Made by a program: the position numbers and the translations under genes
Shown: piece after piece, positions 28,055-42,611 of the stretch
Layout: each line of letters opens with the position of its first letter
Position numbering within the stretch: the stretch's first letter is position 1
The notes under the pieces: model-generated
What the model saw: only the letters and a program-made list of their open reading frames with translations
What the model was told of the DNA's origin: nothing
Databases searched by the model: none
Source: the human T2T-CHM13v2.0 reference genome, Homo sapiens
Reading direction: 5' to 3' (one strand)
Assembly (NCBI RefSeq): GCF_009914755.1
Contig: NC_060934.1
DNA length: 64,000 nucleotides

Positions 28055-29445
28055 TCCTAATTTATTCAATATTTATTGTCCTCATGTGCCATATTATTGT
28101 ATGTGCTAGAAATATGACTAGTGATCTGACAAAGGGCTAATATCAAGAATCTACAATGAACTCAAACAAATTTACAAGAAAAAAACAAACAACCCCATCA
28201 AAAAGTGGGCGAAGGACATGAACAGACACTTCTCAAAAGAAGACATTTATGCAGCCAAAAAACACATGAAAAAATGCTCATCATCACTGGCCATCAGAGA
28301 AATGCAAATCAAAACCACAATGAGATACCATCTCACACCAGTTAGAATGGCAATCATTAAAAAGTCAGGAAACAACAGGTGCTGGAGAGGATGTGGAGAA
28401 ATAGGAACACTTTTACACTGTTGGTGGGACTGTAAACTAGTTCAACCATTGTGGAAGTCAGTGTGGCGATTCCTCAGGGATCTAGAACTAGAATTACCAT
28501 TTGACCCAGCCATCCCATTAGTGGGTATATACCCAAAGGACTCTAAATCATGCTGCTATAAAGACACATGCACACGTATGTTTATTGTGGCATTATTCAC
28601 AATAGCAAAGACTTGGAACCAAGCCAAATGTCCAACAATGATAGACTGGATTAAGAAAATGTGGCACATATACACCCTGGAATACTATGCAGCCATAAAA
28701 AATGGTGAGTTCATGTCCTTTGTAGGGACATGGATGAAATTGGAAACCATCATTCTCAGTAAACTATCGCAAGAACAAAAAACCAAACACCGCATATTCT
28801 CACTCATAGGTGGGAATTGAACAATGAGATCACGTGGACACAGGAAGGGGAATATCACACTCTGGGGACTGCAGTGGGGTGGGGAGAGGGGGGAGGGGTA
28901 GCATTGGGAGATATACCTAATGCTAGATGACGAGTTAGTGGGTGCAGCGCACCAGCATGGCACATGTATACATATGTAACTAACCTGCACAATGTGCACA
29001 TGTACCCTAAAACTTAAAGTATAATTAAAAAATAAAAATAAAATAAAAAAAGAAATATGACTAGTGAACAAAACAAAAATCCATGTCTTCATGGAGTTTA
29101 TATTCTAGTCAGAGACAACTAATAATAAATAAGTAAAGTCAGGGACAACTACTAATAATAAATAACTAATGATAAACAAACTAATAATTTCTTTAATAAA
29201 GAGATCTGATAAGCCCATTGGGGATTAGCATTATGAAGAGAAATAGGTAGCATTAGGGACAGGTGGAGTAGGGGGAACTACATTACCTGGGATGATCAGG
29301 GAAATTTTCTTGGAGAAGCTGCATTTGAACAGAGACCTGAATGAAGTAAGGAAGCAGCTATTTATATATCCTCCTGGTTTTAAAAAAATGTTCTAGGCAG
29401 AAAGAAGAGTGAGGGCAAAGGCCCTGGGGTAGAAGCAGTCTTGAG
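28055..29445 (-). mobile_element. L2a fragment split by the L1PA2 insertion
   Basis: tttattcaatatttattg...atgtgcc before the L1; gtcttcatggagtttatattctagt...atttgaacagagacctgaatgaagt...gcaaaggccctg after it. Confidence 0.75.
28125..29050 (+). mobile_element. Young 5'-truncated L1 (L1PA2-like) with open ORF2 C-terminus (28218-28820)
   Basis: 200-aa ORF containing [18 protein letters not shown] and ending IFSLIGGN; 3'UTR gatgacGAGttagtggg (non-Ta GAG); A-rich tail; perfect 17-bp TSD agaaatatgactagtga at 28108-28124 and 29051-29067. Confidence 0.97.
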
Positions 29446-30051
29446 AAAAATAACCACTATATTTTCCCTAATCACAAGATGACTGCAGACCTTTCATTTT
29501 GTATTTTGTCCTTTTGCATCATAACTCTTACAAGATAAGCCAAATAATGTTACAAATCTGCCTGATTATAGATAGTGGGCATATTCCTGGAACTGTGGAT
29601 GTGTCCATATGAATTTAATTTTTGCAATTGAATCTTATTTCAAGGCATACGAGGAGCTTGCCATTTTAAGAGCCCCCATGGTTAATCCTTTTATGGGGAG
29701 AATAACCAGCCTTAGAGGATGCTTCAGGGTCTTCTCTTTCTAAAACCTTACGGTTTTATGTCTCTAGAGAGGCTGAACTTTCACGTATTTTCATGAAGGT
29801 GGAGATAATACAGAACTAAATACATGTAAATGGCAGCCAGCAGTCAGGCAGGTGAAATTTCAGTGGAAGAGATTGAGTTTTTTATTCTTTCCTGAAATGT
29901 AAGGCTTATCAATCTTCTACCTTCCTTCCCAGCAAGTATTAATGTTATGCAAAGGTGACAAATCTTGGCATAAAGAAAATAGAAATGTCTGTTGACTAGG
30001 AAAGACAAGACCATCAAGCAGCTGTTTCTAAATCTCTGTTTAAAAGAATAA

Positions 30052-30491
<440 letters not shown>

Positions 30492-30677
30492 TTCACATTT
30501 ACTGTGTAGTGATAGGAACAGGTAAGGATGGTTCAGTTCTGAGCCTTCTTCCACTTTCCTGATATTATCTTAGTTATTATAAACAAATAAGGCATAAAAT
30601 GAATCATGCCAATTTCATGTGTGCCTGTGGGATTTCATATGAGAGTATTCTCATGAAAAGGCTTGGTTTTGGCATGG

Positions 30678-31048
30678 TGATATGGTTTTGCTGTGTCCCC
30701 ACCCAAATATCATCTTGAATTGTAGTTCCTACAATCCCCACACGTCGTGGGAGGGGCCTGGTGGGAGGTAATTTAATCATGGCGGTGGTTACCCTCATAC
30801 TGTTCTCATGATAGTGAGTAAGTTCTCATGAGATGTGATGGTTTTATAAGGGGCTTTTCCTCCTTTCCTCAGCACTTCTCTCTCCTGCTGCCTTGTGAAG
30901 GACATGTTTGCTTCCACTTCTGCCATGACTGTAAGTTTCCTGAAGCCTTCCCAGCAATGTGGAACTGTGAGTCAATTAAACCTCTTTCCTTTATAAATTA
31001 CCCAGTCTTGGGTATTTCTTCACAGCAGCATGAGAACAGACTAATACA
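30678..31048 (+). mobile_element. THE1 (THE1D-like) solo LTR
   Basis: tgatatggtt...ctaataca termini; perfect 5-bp TSD catgg at 30673-30677 and 31049-31053. Confidence 0.95.
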
Positions 31049-34000
31049 CATGGTGAGTCCATTTAAGAGCCCAGCACAGGGATGGTGTTGACAACATGGC
31101 TCCTCCTTGAGATATTTCTTGTGAATAGATTGTTTGTTTGGGTGCCTAGCTAGTGTGTAACATGACAACTTCATAAGCTGTTTAAACCATTCATTAAAAT
31201 TTTTTTTAGCTACTAAAGCAAAGAGAAGAAAAAAAGGAAGGCAGAGAACAATAAAGTAATATTCAAGGATAGAGTAATATTCTAGCCAGAACACAGAGCC
31301 AGCCCTCAAAAAAGCCAATTCAGAAGGCATCAGCCATTCATAGAACCTTTCAGGCCATCATCACTAAACAGAATCACAGATGCAGCCTGGACTCTGTTTG
31401 CAGCCTGCTTTGCTCAGTAGTTAATGGGGGCAGGAAGGCTCTTTTCTTTTGGCCTCTGTTTTTACCAGTAGTGAGGCAGCAGGAATGCTATGGCTGAAGA
31501 TGATTTCCTATGCTGTGTTTGTTTCCCAGCCGTACACAGAGGGAACTGTTTTGTTATGATTTTGTTGTGTCTTCTGAAACTTGGGAGGCTCAGGCAGTTC
31601 CACATTTAGGCAGTAAAGATGTACAGAGTTATAACCCTGAGAGTAACTCCCATCAGCAGGGCCATTTATTTGGTATCTGTAAAGTACTATCACCCATGAG
31701 ATCATCATCACCGTAATTTTGTAGCTATCATCTTCATCTCCATCCTCAGTCTGATGGGGGACAAATGAAGTTATGTATGGAATTGCCCATGGCTGAAGTT
31801 CTTAGCCTTTCCATCCTCAAACACCTTCTGAGCTCTTTTTGCGTTGAGCTGATGTGGCTCTGATTTGACCCACTCATTTGTTGCTCTTCACATTCAAATT
31901 TTGGATGGAGTTTGTCTATCTTTAACTGGATGGTAAGCTCTTTAGAGATGCCACCCAGGCATTCACCCTATAGATAGATACTTTATAATTGCTCTGGGTC
32001 AGGCACAGTTCCTGGTTCTGGCTGCATAGGACTCACATGGTCATGGCAGTGCATGTTACCACTCTAGAGTCCACTTACCCCTGGCAATCTTTTATGTGGA
32101 CATTGCACCTCCAATAGGCCCTGAATCACTGCCAAGATGTTAGTGCTGGCAGGAGCATTGATTCCAACCACTGCTTCTTTGGTCCAGTTGCCTGTAAAGA
32201 ATGTTTACGTTAATGATACAGATGGAATGAATGGCAAGGATCATGATTCCATTGTGGAGTCAGAGAAAGACGCAGTCACTTAATTCACTTTTATCCATTT
32301 CTTCTCATATCCTCGAGGTGAAGGTCAAGATTTCTCTGTCTCCTCCTTTCCTATTGGATAGTTGGGTAAAGAACTTCCTCAAGTTTTCAACTCTAATAAA
32401 TAGCTTTTATATTAGAGTTATTTAAGAAGTAAATTAAACAGAACACAACACAGATATTTAAAAGGTTTTTCTCTTCAGTATGTTATTGTTGAACTAAATA
32501 TCTTGTGAGAGGTTAAAAGTAAAATGATCATTGAGTGGACCTCATTGCATGTACTTGACCTATTCTTGGAGGGTTGCGTGTTAACTGAATTTTGTAACTC
32601 AAGTTCTATTTTAAATTCACCCTGAAGGGTTGTTATTTAAAGCAATCCAGTAAAGAGAATAATCACCAGACCCCTGCTGAATATTAGGGTTGGCGGGGGC
32701 AGTGGATTTTTTTTTTTTAAAGGAGGGTGGGAACATGACTCTTACGGCCACCCTGATTTTATCCCCAGGCTGGTGGCGCCTGGGAAAGTTTGTTTTTTTT
32801 TGTTTTTTTTTTTTTTTTAATTTTTTTTTTCCAAAGGAAGTTTGGGAATAATGAAAGAAGAGAAAGTGGATTGAAAGTCCTGTAGAGAGTGGACAATGGC
32901 TGCATTTTTCTCCATTGCAGGAAATGGATTCTCTCCTGGAAAGGATTTGATGAAATGGCCTCAGTTCATTGTGAAATGGCTGGAGGAGAGTGGGGACATG
33001 CCCTACTCTCACAGCACCTAATCATTGGACAGAGTGTCATTTCCAGGAGCCCAGGATGCAACATGATAGGGAAAGGGGGATTTCCATTCTTATGGGGAGA
33101 GGTTCCTAGGATGTTATTTGGAGAAAAGGCAAGATCACTTGTTGGAATGTCTGGATTGGCCACAGAAATCCTATAATTTGCATTTATTAAGACATTTTGT
33201 GGGTTGTTATCTTGAGAAGAAACCCAGAAAAACTTGGTTCCAAACTTAACATTCCACAAGGAAAATGGAATTTTCACTGCTCTTTTCTGACATAAAAAGG
33301 TCATCTTGTTGTTTATCTACAAAGCCAGGGGAGCCTGAGCTGTTGACTATTTTGCAGTTGGAAACACTGGCCCAAATTCAAAGCAGCCTGATGCGTTCTC
33401 TCTCCTTCCTGTCCTGTTTTTATTTAAAGAAGTTGGCTTCATGAATCATTGGATAAAGGCTTGGAATACAGCTCCTTATGTTTCAGAAGATGAGGGCCTT
33501 GGTCCAAAGAAACCCAAAGTCAAGGACACCCCAAAACTCCTAAGAATGTTGATAGTAAGAATAGAGCTGCTATAATTATAATGCTCCTTGTCTCTGGGCT
33601 ACAGGATACATAGACTCTCTTGTACTCAATGAAATCACCGAAAACCTTTGGCAAGATGGGAATCTTAGACCCATTCTGAAGTTTCCTGCAAAACCTCAGA
33701 ATAGTTACCCTCCGAGCAGGGTGGTGACATAATAAATATGGCCCAGTGAAAAATGAAAATTTGGAGCCCCTTGTTCAAAGAGCAGGAAAAAAAGTACAAA
33801 GTTATTAAAATATAAGTTTTTCCTCTAAAAATATTTTATTACTTATATAATGTAGTCCTTATAACTTTTTATACTATTATTTATAGTGATAATGATACAT
33901 GAGTAACAAAAATATTTTTGGTGTCATACTTATATAATACAATAAAAAGTAATTTAATTTGACATCTTATTGACAATAAGATTTTTCTGACTCCCTTTTT

Positions 34001-34089
34001 CTGCAAATTATTAGGTTATCAAAATTTATCAAACTTTTATCAATTTCATCTTTAACTGATACAAAACTGAAAATGACGTGTTGTTCTTT

Positions 34090-34229
34090 GCCAAGATTAC
34101 AAATAATTTTTGACAATTTTTAATTTTCAGAAGCATATTTCTGCTAATGCAACTGTTACTGGAATTGTGTAGGAGAATCTTATTGGCTGTAGCAGGATTT
34201 GGATACATTTCTGAGAAATTATTTTGAAA
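34090..34229 (-). pseudogene. Decayed hAT transposase C-terminal dimerisation domain
   Basis: Manual translation FQNNFSEMYPNPATANKILL/TIPVTVALAEICF*KLKIVKNYL*S (one frameshift, two stops) matches the hATC pattern YPN..LTxPVTxAxxERSFSKLKxIKNYLRS. Confidence 0.8.
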
Positions 34230-34241
34230 AAAGGCTTTAGG

Positions 34242-34540
34242 GTCTGGGCATGGTGGTTCATGCCTGTAATCCCAGCATTTTGGGAGGCTGAGGCGGGTGG
34301 ATCACATGAGCCCAGGAGTTTGAAACCTGTCTAGCTAACATGGTGAAACTCCATCGCTACTAAAAATACAAAAATTAGCTGGGCGTGGTGGCATACACCT
34401 GTAATTCTAGCTACTGGGTGTGGCGGGGATCTGAGGCATGAGAATTGTGTGAATCTAGGAGGCGGAAGTTGCAGTGAGTGGAGATTGCGCCCTGTACTTC
34501 AGCCTGTGTGATGGAGTGAGACAATGTCTCAAAAAAAAAA
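34242..34540 (+). mobile_element. Older Alu (S/J) inside the hAT fossil
   Basis: Dimeric Alu; TSD aaaaaaggctttag / aaaaaagtcttcag. Confidence 0.93.
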
Positions 34541-34754
34541 AGTCTTCAGTATATACCTAGAACTGATGATTCTTGTCAAACAATTTTTCTAAAAAGATTT
34601 AACTCTTTGTACAAATCTGTTTTGTGTAAGTTTGGATTTAATTATAAATGTAAATATATATATATATAGTGGCATTTTTATGTGTTCTCAGGCATTTTCT
34701 GTAACTTGTAGAGAGCCTATAAGCAACTGAAAGTAGCTTTACAATTTGTATATA

Positions 34755-35568
<814 letters not shown>

Positions 35569-35593
35569 TGATTCAAAATGCCTGTTTATATAA

Positions 35594-35929
<336 letters not shown>

Positions 35930-37034
35930 GGAAAATTTAATCCAAAAATTATTTCTTCTTAATAATTGGTTCATTGAAGTTTTATATGAAAATGGCATTC
36001 TTATCTGTTGTGACAATTTCAAAATTTAATTTCTAATTCAAAGCCTGTGAATATTTGCTTCGTAATGTTGCAGGAGTTATCAAAACTGGAGATTCTGAAC
36101 TCTAAAACATTCTAATAACTCTTGGATATACTTTATTGCAATGTTCATGTATACATTTTTATTTTGTAATGATTTACTAACAAATTATATTGCCTGAGCA
36201 CCAGCAAATTCTGTCCTGGCACTGAAGATAGAGAGTTAATATTTATGGGGATATCACAGGGATGGGCTCCAAGGACTGATGGGCAAGCTGTCTTCCCACT
36301 GCTGTGATCATTGCTGCTGCTTTGCTGCTATTGCTGCCACTGCCATTACCCATCTGGGCTCAAGTCCAGTCCCTAGTTGTCCCCTGAGGACCCCATGGCA
36401 GGCTGGACTGCCTCTGGTATGCCAGTTCAGTTGCTTGGCATGCACACAGCCCCTTGCATGCAGTGCCCCAAGGCCTGTGCCTGCATGTGTTGCTGCCTGT
36501 TATATCCTGCTCTGCTCACACACATGCTCTGTTGTCTCATCAGACTTCACTTGCAAAACTCATGTGCAAAGATAAAATGATTAAGAATTTCAAGACGGTA
36601 CCAGTAGATCATTAAACCAAGTACAGGGCCCCTTCTGAGAGCGATTCTGGGTGTCACTCACATGCAGAGGCCATGTGTTCATGAAGTCGGTCCCATCTTG
36701 AGATACAGAATATGGCAAGTTAAAGGGATACAAGTTACTTACCACATGCAGCCTACCTTAGTTTTTGTAAAGCATCTACATTGCCAGGAAGTTCACCCAC
36801 ATATCTAACCCTGGCCTCAAATTTATCCTTTCTTCAAATATTTTACTATTTATATTTATTAATATGTATAGCCCCTCAATTAATTTATCAAAGTTCACCT
36901 AGTAAGCACAGGCTCACCTGAGCAAAGACTAACACCTGTTCTCTTATCTTGGGACACTGATTTCTGATATTCCTGGCTTTCTTTATAGACCATGAAATTT
37001 CAAAACTAGAAGGGGCTTCATTGTTTACCCAATC

Positions 37035-37212
37035 CAGTGGGAAACTGACCTGGCTGGTTATCTGAATATCATGAGGGCTTATAAAATAATTGTATTTCCT
37101 GTTCATCATACCCCTAGAGATTCAGATTCAGAAGATCTGGGATGAAGCCCAGGAATCTACACTTTAACAAACAGCTGGGGATTCTGGTGGACAGCCTGGT
37201 TGGGGAATGCCT
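37035..37212. mobile_element. MER5-family MITE
   Basis: ccctagagattcagattcagaagatctgggatgaagcccaggaatctacactttaacaa...gattctg...cagcctggttggggaa. Confidence 0.7.
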
Positions 37213-37769
37213 CGTGATTTTCCCGGTTAGGAATTTGTTTGAGGCTCTATAGTCTTGTTTCCTTCTCTGTCCCTGAGTCCAGTGCTCATCTCACTTTCCC
37301 TGCTCTGTCTTGGCTTTATCTGATTCAGCAGTCCACGTCCCGTCTGTTGTGCTTTCCCCTCCTCAGCCCATGGTTATAAAATGGAAGAGGCCACTCTCTC
37401 TGGTTACTCCTTTTATAGGAAAACCTTCTGTAGCTCTGTGTAGCTTTCAACCAATGGAACAAGGAAGGTACTGGATTGCCAAGTCCTTGATAAGCTGGCA
37501 CCATCCAATGAAGCAGGTTGTGTGAGTGCATGCATGTGTGGGTGTATCTATGTATGAATGGGCTAGGCAGTGATAATGGTGGATGAAATATATCACGATG
37601 GACTCTAAGTGCTAGGGTACTTCAGACTGGAAATACCAAACCTGTTGAGGGATTGGATCAAAGCCGAAAACTCATGAATGGTTCAGAAAAGTCAGCATGG
37701 ATTAGCTAATCGAATTTGTGAATATACCTTTAGAGGCATAAAATAAGTAGTACTTTTACCATTTACAAG

Positions 37770-38045
37770 ACTGTTTTGTGGCTATAATAAACAACCCCCC
37801 TCCCAATTTTAGTGGCTTTAACAACTCACATCACATGTCCGTTACACGTCTACTGGAAACTTGGTTCTATTTTGACTCTTTCTGAGACTGTTGGCTGATG
37901 AAGCAAACCATCCCAAAATACTGTAGTTTTTCTAGCAGAGGGAAAGATAAGTTTGGAGCATCCTGCACAGCAGTGTAATGCTCTGGCCTATAAATGACAC
38001 ATTACTTCTGTTCACAACTCATTGGCTAGAACTGGTTAAATGGGT
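37770..38045 (-). mobile_element. Old MLT1-like LTR fragment
   Basis: aataaacaacccc...agtggctttaacaac; cattacttctgttcacaactcattggctagaac. Confidence 0.5.
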
Positions 38046-38934
38046 CATAGACAGGAGAAATAGGATCATGCTAAAATGATTTGTAAACTGTAAAGCACTC
38101 CACAAGTTCATTGCTTTTTTTGAGGTGTCTTAAAGATGGTACAGCTTTAACCAGTAAATATACAATCTGAGGAGTAGGAAAATCCAGAAATAGGCCCTTT
38201 TAGAAGGACTAGATCTATGCATGAATAATAGATTCCTATCAGTGAAAGCTAAGAAGCACTTGTTAGCTGGAGGAGCCACTTTGGAGGCTCTGGCTGAGAT
38301 GAAAATGTTTTAATATAGTACGTTGTATCACAGACCCAGGTGGTAAACTGGGCTTGTTCCTGGTCCATTTTCTGGGAATTTTTCTAATTTTTAGTCTTCT
38401 ATCCCCACCACCTTGTAAATCTTGATGTTGAGGTTGGAGCTTGGTGGAAATGATTAGAGGTCCTAGAGTCTGGAGGGGACAGCATGGGAATTGGATTTTT
38501 AGTTCTCCCACAATTTTATGTTGTCACCTAGCTCTTTAATCCTTTATCCCCTGGCTGCCTTGTCTCCTCATCTCAGTATCTGATACTCTATTTTCTTACT
38601 TTGGACAAAAATTCAAATGAAACTGGAGGCCCTCATTCTGCCTTGGAATTCAGGAAGGACTTTGAGGTTATTACGAAGAGATGCAAAACTGTGTGTCCCC
38701 ACATGGGATTTAGGACAGCCAAATATGATCAAAGCATTTTATGTTCGTATTTCAGTAGCGGTGAAGAGTAAGGCATGGAAGGAAAACTCTCTCACATACA
38801 CCCCTCCCAAAACAGAAACAGAAAGACCTCAACTCTAGACATCCTAACACTTGGAGAAGACATTCAACTTTTAGGAAAACAGGTTGATTTTTTCCTTGCC
38901 ATATTGTGTCTTAAAAACGGTAGCTTGGGGAAGG

Positions 38935-39125
38935 TGGCACATGAATTCAAAGCACAGCTCTGCTACATATAAGCTGCGTGAACTTGAACAAGTTACCTAA
39001 CATCTTTGTGTCTCATTTTTCTCCTTTATAAAGTGAGATGATTAAAGTGCTTATTCCTAGGGTTGTCTTTGATCATAAAGGGAATACATAATAAACTTGT
39101 AACTACAATCTATTGAATGCTCAGG
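38935..39125 (+). mobile_element. MIR
   Basis: cagctctgctac...agctgcgtgaacttgaacaagttacctaacatctttgtgtctcatttttctc. Confidence 0.75.
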
Positions 39126-39406
39126 GTGCTGTGTATACCTGGTGCTGTGTTGCTGCTGGTGTTGGTATTGTTGTCATTGTCATTGTCATCCTCATCCACA
39201 ACAGCAAATTCTGTCTGGTCTCAGTCAGAATGAATTGGGAAAGACAGAGTGATGGGGTATGTGGAAGAGTCTAGTTGTCTTCTGGTAATATTATTCCAGG
39301 TTCAGTTACTATATAAGTTTCTTTTCAATATTTTCCTTCTCCTTTGTATAATAAGTGTCAGTCTCTCTTTCAAGGAGCATTTCAGTCTATGTGCTTGTGT
39401 TTTCAG

Positions 39407-39546
39407 TTAACACATTACTCAGTAAACTAGTAAGTGCCACTTACAGAAATATGGATCTTCTGAGCCTCTTTAAGAAAGGCAGAACACAGAAGTTTCTGCA
39501 GGCAGCAAACTGCTTTGCCCAGTTAAATGAATCTGGGACCCCAAAG
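39407..39546 (+). other. Candidate exon (alternative acceptor at 39447)
   Basis: gtgcttgtgttttcAG acceptor and consensus AAG|GTGAGT donor in non-repeat sequence. Confidence 0.3.
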
Positions 39547-42203
39547 GTGAGTGTTGGCCTAGAGGCTCATAATTCAGAAAGTTCAAGAGAGTTCCAAGAT
39601 TGGAGGGGAGGGCTTCCCATCATCGCTTTGTTTCTGTTAAGTAAATTTATATTTAATACACCCGACAAACTCCATCACATTTTAAAATGTCAGGTTTATT
39701 GAGGCATAATTTTCATAAAACAAAACTTACCATTTTAAAGTTTACAATTTGGCGATATTTGACAAATGTGTACAGTCATGTAGCCACTACAATAAACATA
39801 CATTTTTATTACCCTCCAGAAGTTCCCTGTGTTCCTTTGCAGTCGGATTCCTCCCTGCAAACTCTGCCCCCAAACCCACTGATCTGTTTTCTGTCCCTAT
39901 AGTTTTACCTTTTGCGGAATGTAATATGAATGGAATCATAGAGTATAGTGGAGGCTTTTGTGTTTGGCTTCTGTCACTTAACATAATGCTTTTGAGATTC
40001 ATCCGTGTTGTTGCATGTGTTAGTAATTTTTTTTAAATTGCCAAGTAATGTTCTATTGTACTGATATAATTTTGTTTATCCACTCACTTAGTGAAAGAGA
40101 TTTGGGTTGCTTGCAGTTTTCAGCTATTCTGAATGAACTGCTATAAACATTTGCATACAGGATTTTGTGTAGGCATAGATTTTCATTTCTCTTAGACATT
40201 AAACTAGTAGAGAGATTGCTGGGTTGTATGGTAAGTATATAGTTAACTTTATAAGAAATTGTCAAGTTGTTGTTTAAAGTGGATGTTCCATCTTTCCTTC
40301 CTGCTCCACACATCATCAATACTTGATGTTGTCAGTTCTTTTAATTTTAATTACACAGGTGAGTAATGTGAGCATCTTTTCATGGATTAGCTAATTGTTT
40401 ACAGTTTTTGGTAAAGTGTCTATTCAGAGTTTTTATAAAATTTCTAATTGCTTTTTTCTTATTGAATTGTAAGATTCTTTATGTATTCTGCATTCATGCT
40501 CTTGGTCAGATAAATGATTTTCAAAAATTTTCACCCAATATTGTTGCTTTTCTTTTAATTTTTACAGCAGTCTTTTAGACTTTTGAAGAACAAAAGTCTA
40601 AAATTTTTATGAAGTCAGATTTATCTTTTTCTTTTATGGTTCATGCTTTTTGTATCCTATCTAGGATATCTGGAATAATCCAAAGTCACAAAATTTTCTC
40701 TTGTTTTCTTTTAAGAAGTTACATAGTTTTAGCTCTTGCATTTAGGTCTCTATATATGGTCTGAGATAAGTATTAGAGACCCTCCCTTGCCCTCCCTCCC
40801 TCCCTCCTGTACATCCATCCATCTGTCTATTAATATACAACTGTTTCAGAACCAGCTTTTGAAAAGACTCTCCTTTCTCTATGACATTGCCATGAATTTT
40901 TGTTGAAAATCAATTGGACTCTCCATTTTATTTCTCTATATGTTTATTCTTACACCATTACCACACTGTTTTTTATTTTTGTGGCTCTACACTAAGTTCT
41001 GAAGTCTGTTAACACGTGTCCTCCAATTTCGATGTTCTTTTTCAAAATTACTTTGCTATTCTAAGTCACTGGAATTTTCATATACATTCTAGTATCAGCT
41101 TGCCAATTTCTGCGAAAAAATCCTAAGATTTTAATTGGCATAACTTTTAATCTATGGGTTAATTTGTTGAGAATTGACATCTTAGTTATGAGTCTTCTAC
41201 TTGCATTGTGTATCTCTTATTTATTTAAGTCTTTAATTTTTCTCAGTAAAATTTGTACTTCTTGATGTACAAATACAGTAAAAATTTTGTTAAATTTATT
41301 CATAAATAGTTTGTTTTCTTTGAAGCTATTGTGAGGGTATTTTAAAATTTCAATTTCCAATTGTTTGCTCTTAGTATATAGAAATATACTTGACTTTTGT
41401 ATATTAACCTTGTATCCTGAAGTCCTGCTAAATTCACTTATTAATTCTGGTAGGTATTTTGTTTGGTAGATTCATTAGGATTTCCTACATATTCAATCAT
41501 ACCATCTACAAATAAAACACTTTTGTTTATTCCCTTCCAATACATTTGCCTGTGTTTCCCTCCCTCACTCCCTCCTCCTCTCCCTCCTTGTCTTCCTCTT
41601 TCCCTTCTTTCCACCTTACTGCACTGGATAGTACCTTTAGTATAGTGTTCTAGCAGAACTAGTGAGAGCAGCCATCCTTGCTTGTTGTCAGTCTTAGGTG
41701 GAAAACTTTTTTTTTTTTTTTTTAATCACTAAGTATAACATAAGCTGTAGGTTTTTCATAGATCCTTTTTGTCAGGTTGAGCAAATCTCATTTTTCCCCT
41801 AGTTTACTGAGTACTTTCATCATGAATAGATGTTGAATTTGTTAAGCACTTTTTTCTTCATCTTTTGAGTTGATCTTTCTCTTTTAATCTGTTAATGTAG
41901 TGAATTATTATAAGTTGATTTCCAAAATTTGAACCAATCTTGTATTTCTGTGACAGTACCAACTTGGTCATGATGTATTATCATTTTTTATATTTTTCTG
42001 TATTAGATTGGCTAATATTGAGGATTTTGTGCCTACATTGACAAGAGATATTGATCTGTAATATTTTTTTCTTGTACCATCTTTGTCATATTTTGGTATC
42101 AGGATAATGCTGGTTCCTGGAATGACTTGGGAAGTATTACCTTTCATTCTGTTTTCTGGAAGTATTTGTGTAGAATTGCTTATATTTATTTCTTAAAAGG
42201 TAG

Positions 42204-42611
<408 letters not shown>

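Noticed and set aside
28218-28820. 200-aa ORF as a cellular gene
   Set aside because: It is the L1 ORF2 C-terminus inside a 5'-truncated, promoterless insertion
32786-32844. Poly(T) tract flanked by aagtttg as a tail-only retroposition
   Set aside because: A 7-bp repeat is too short to distinguish from chance, and there is no element body
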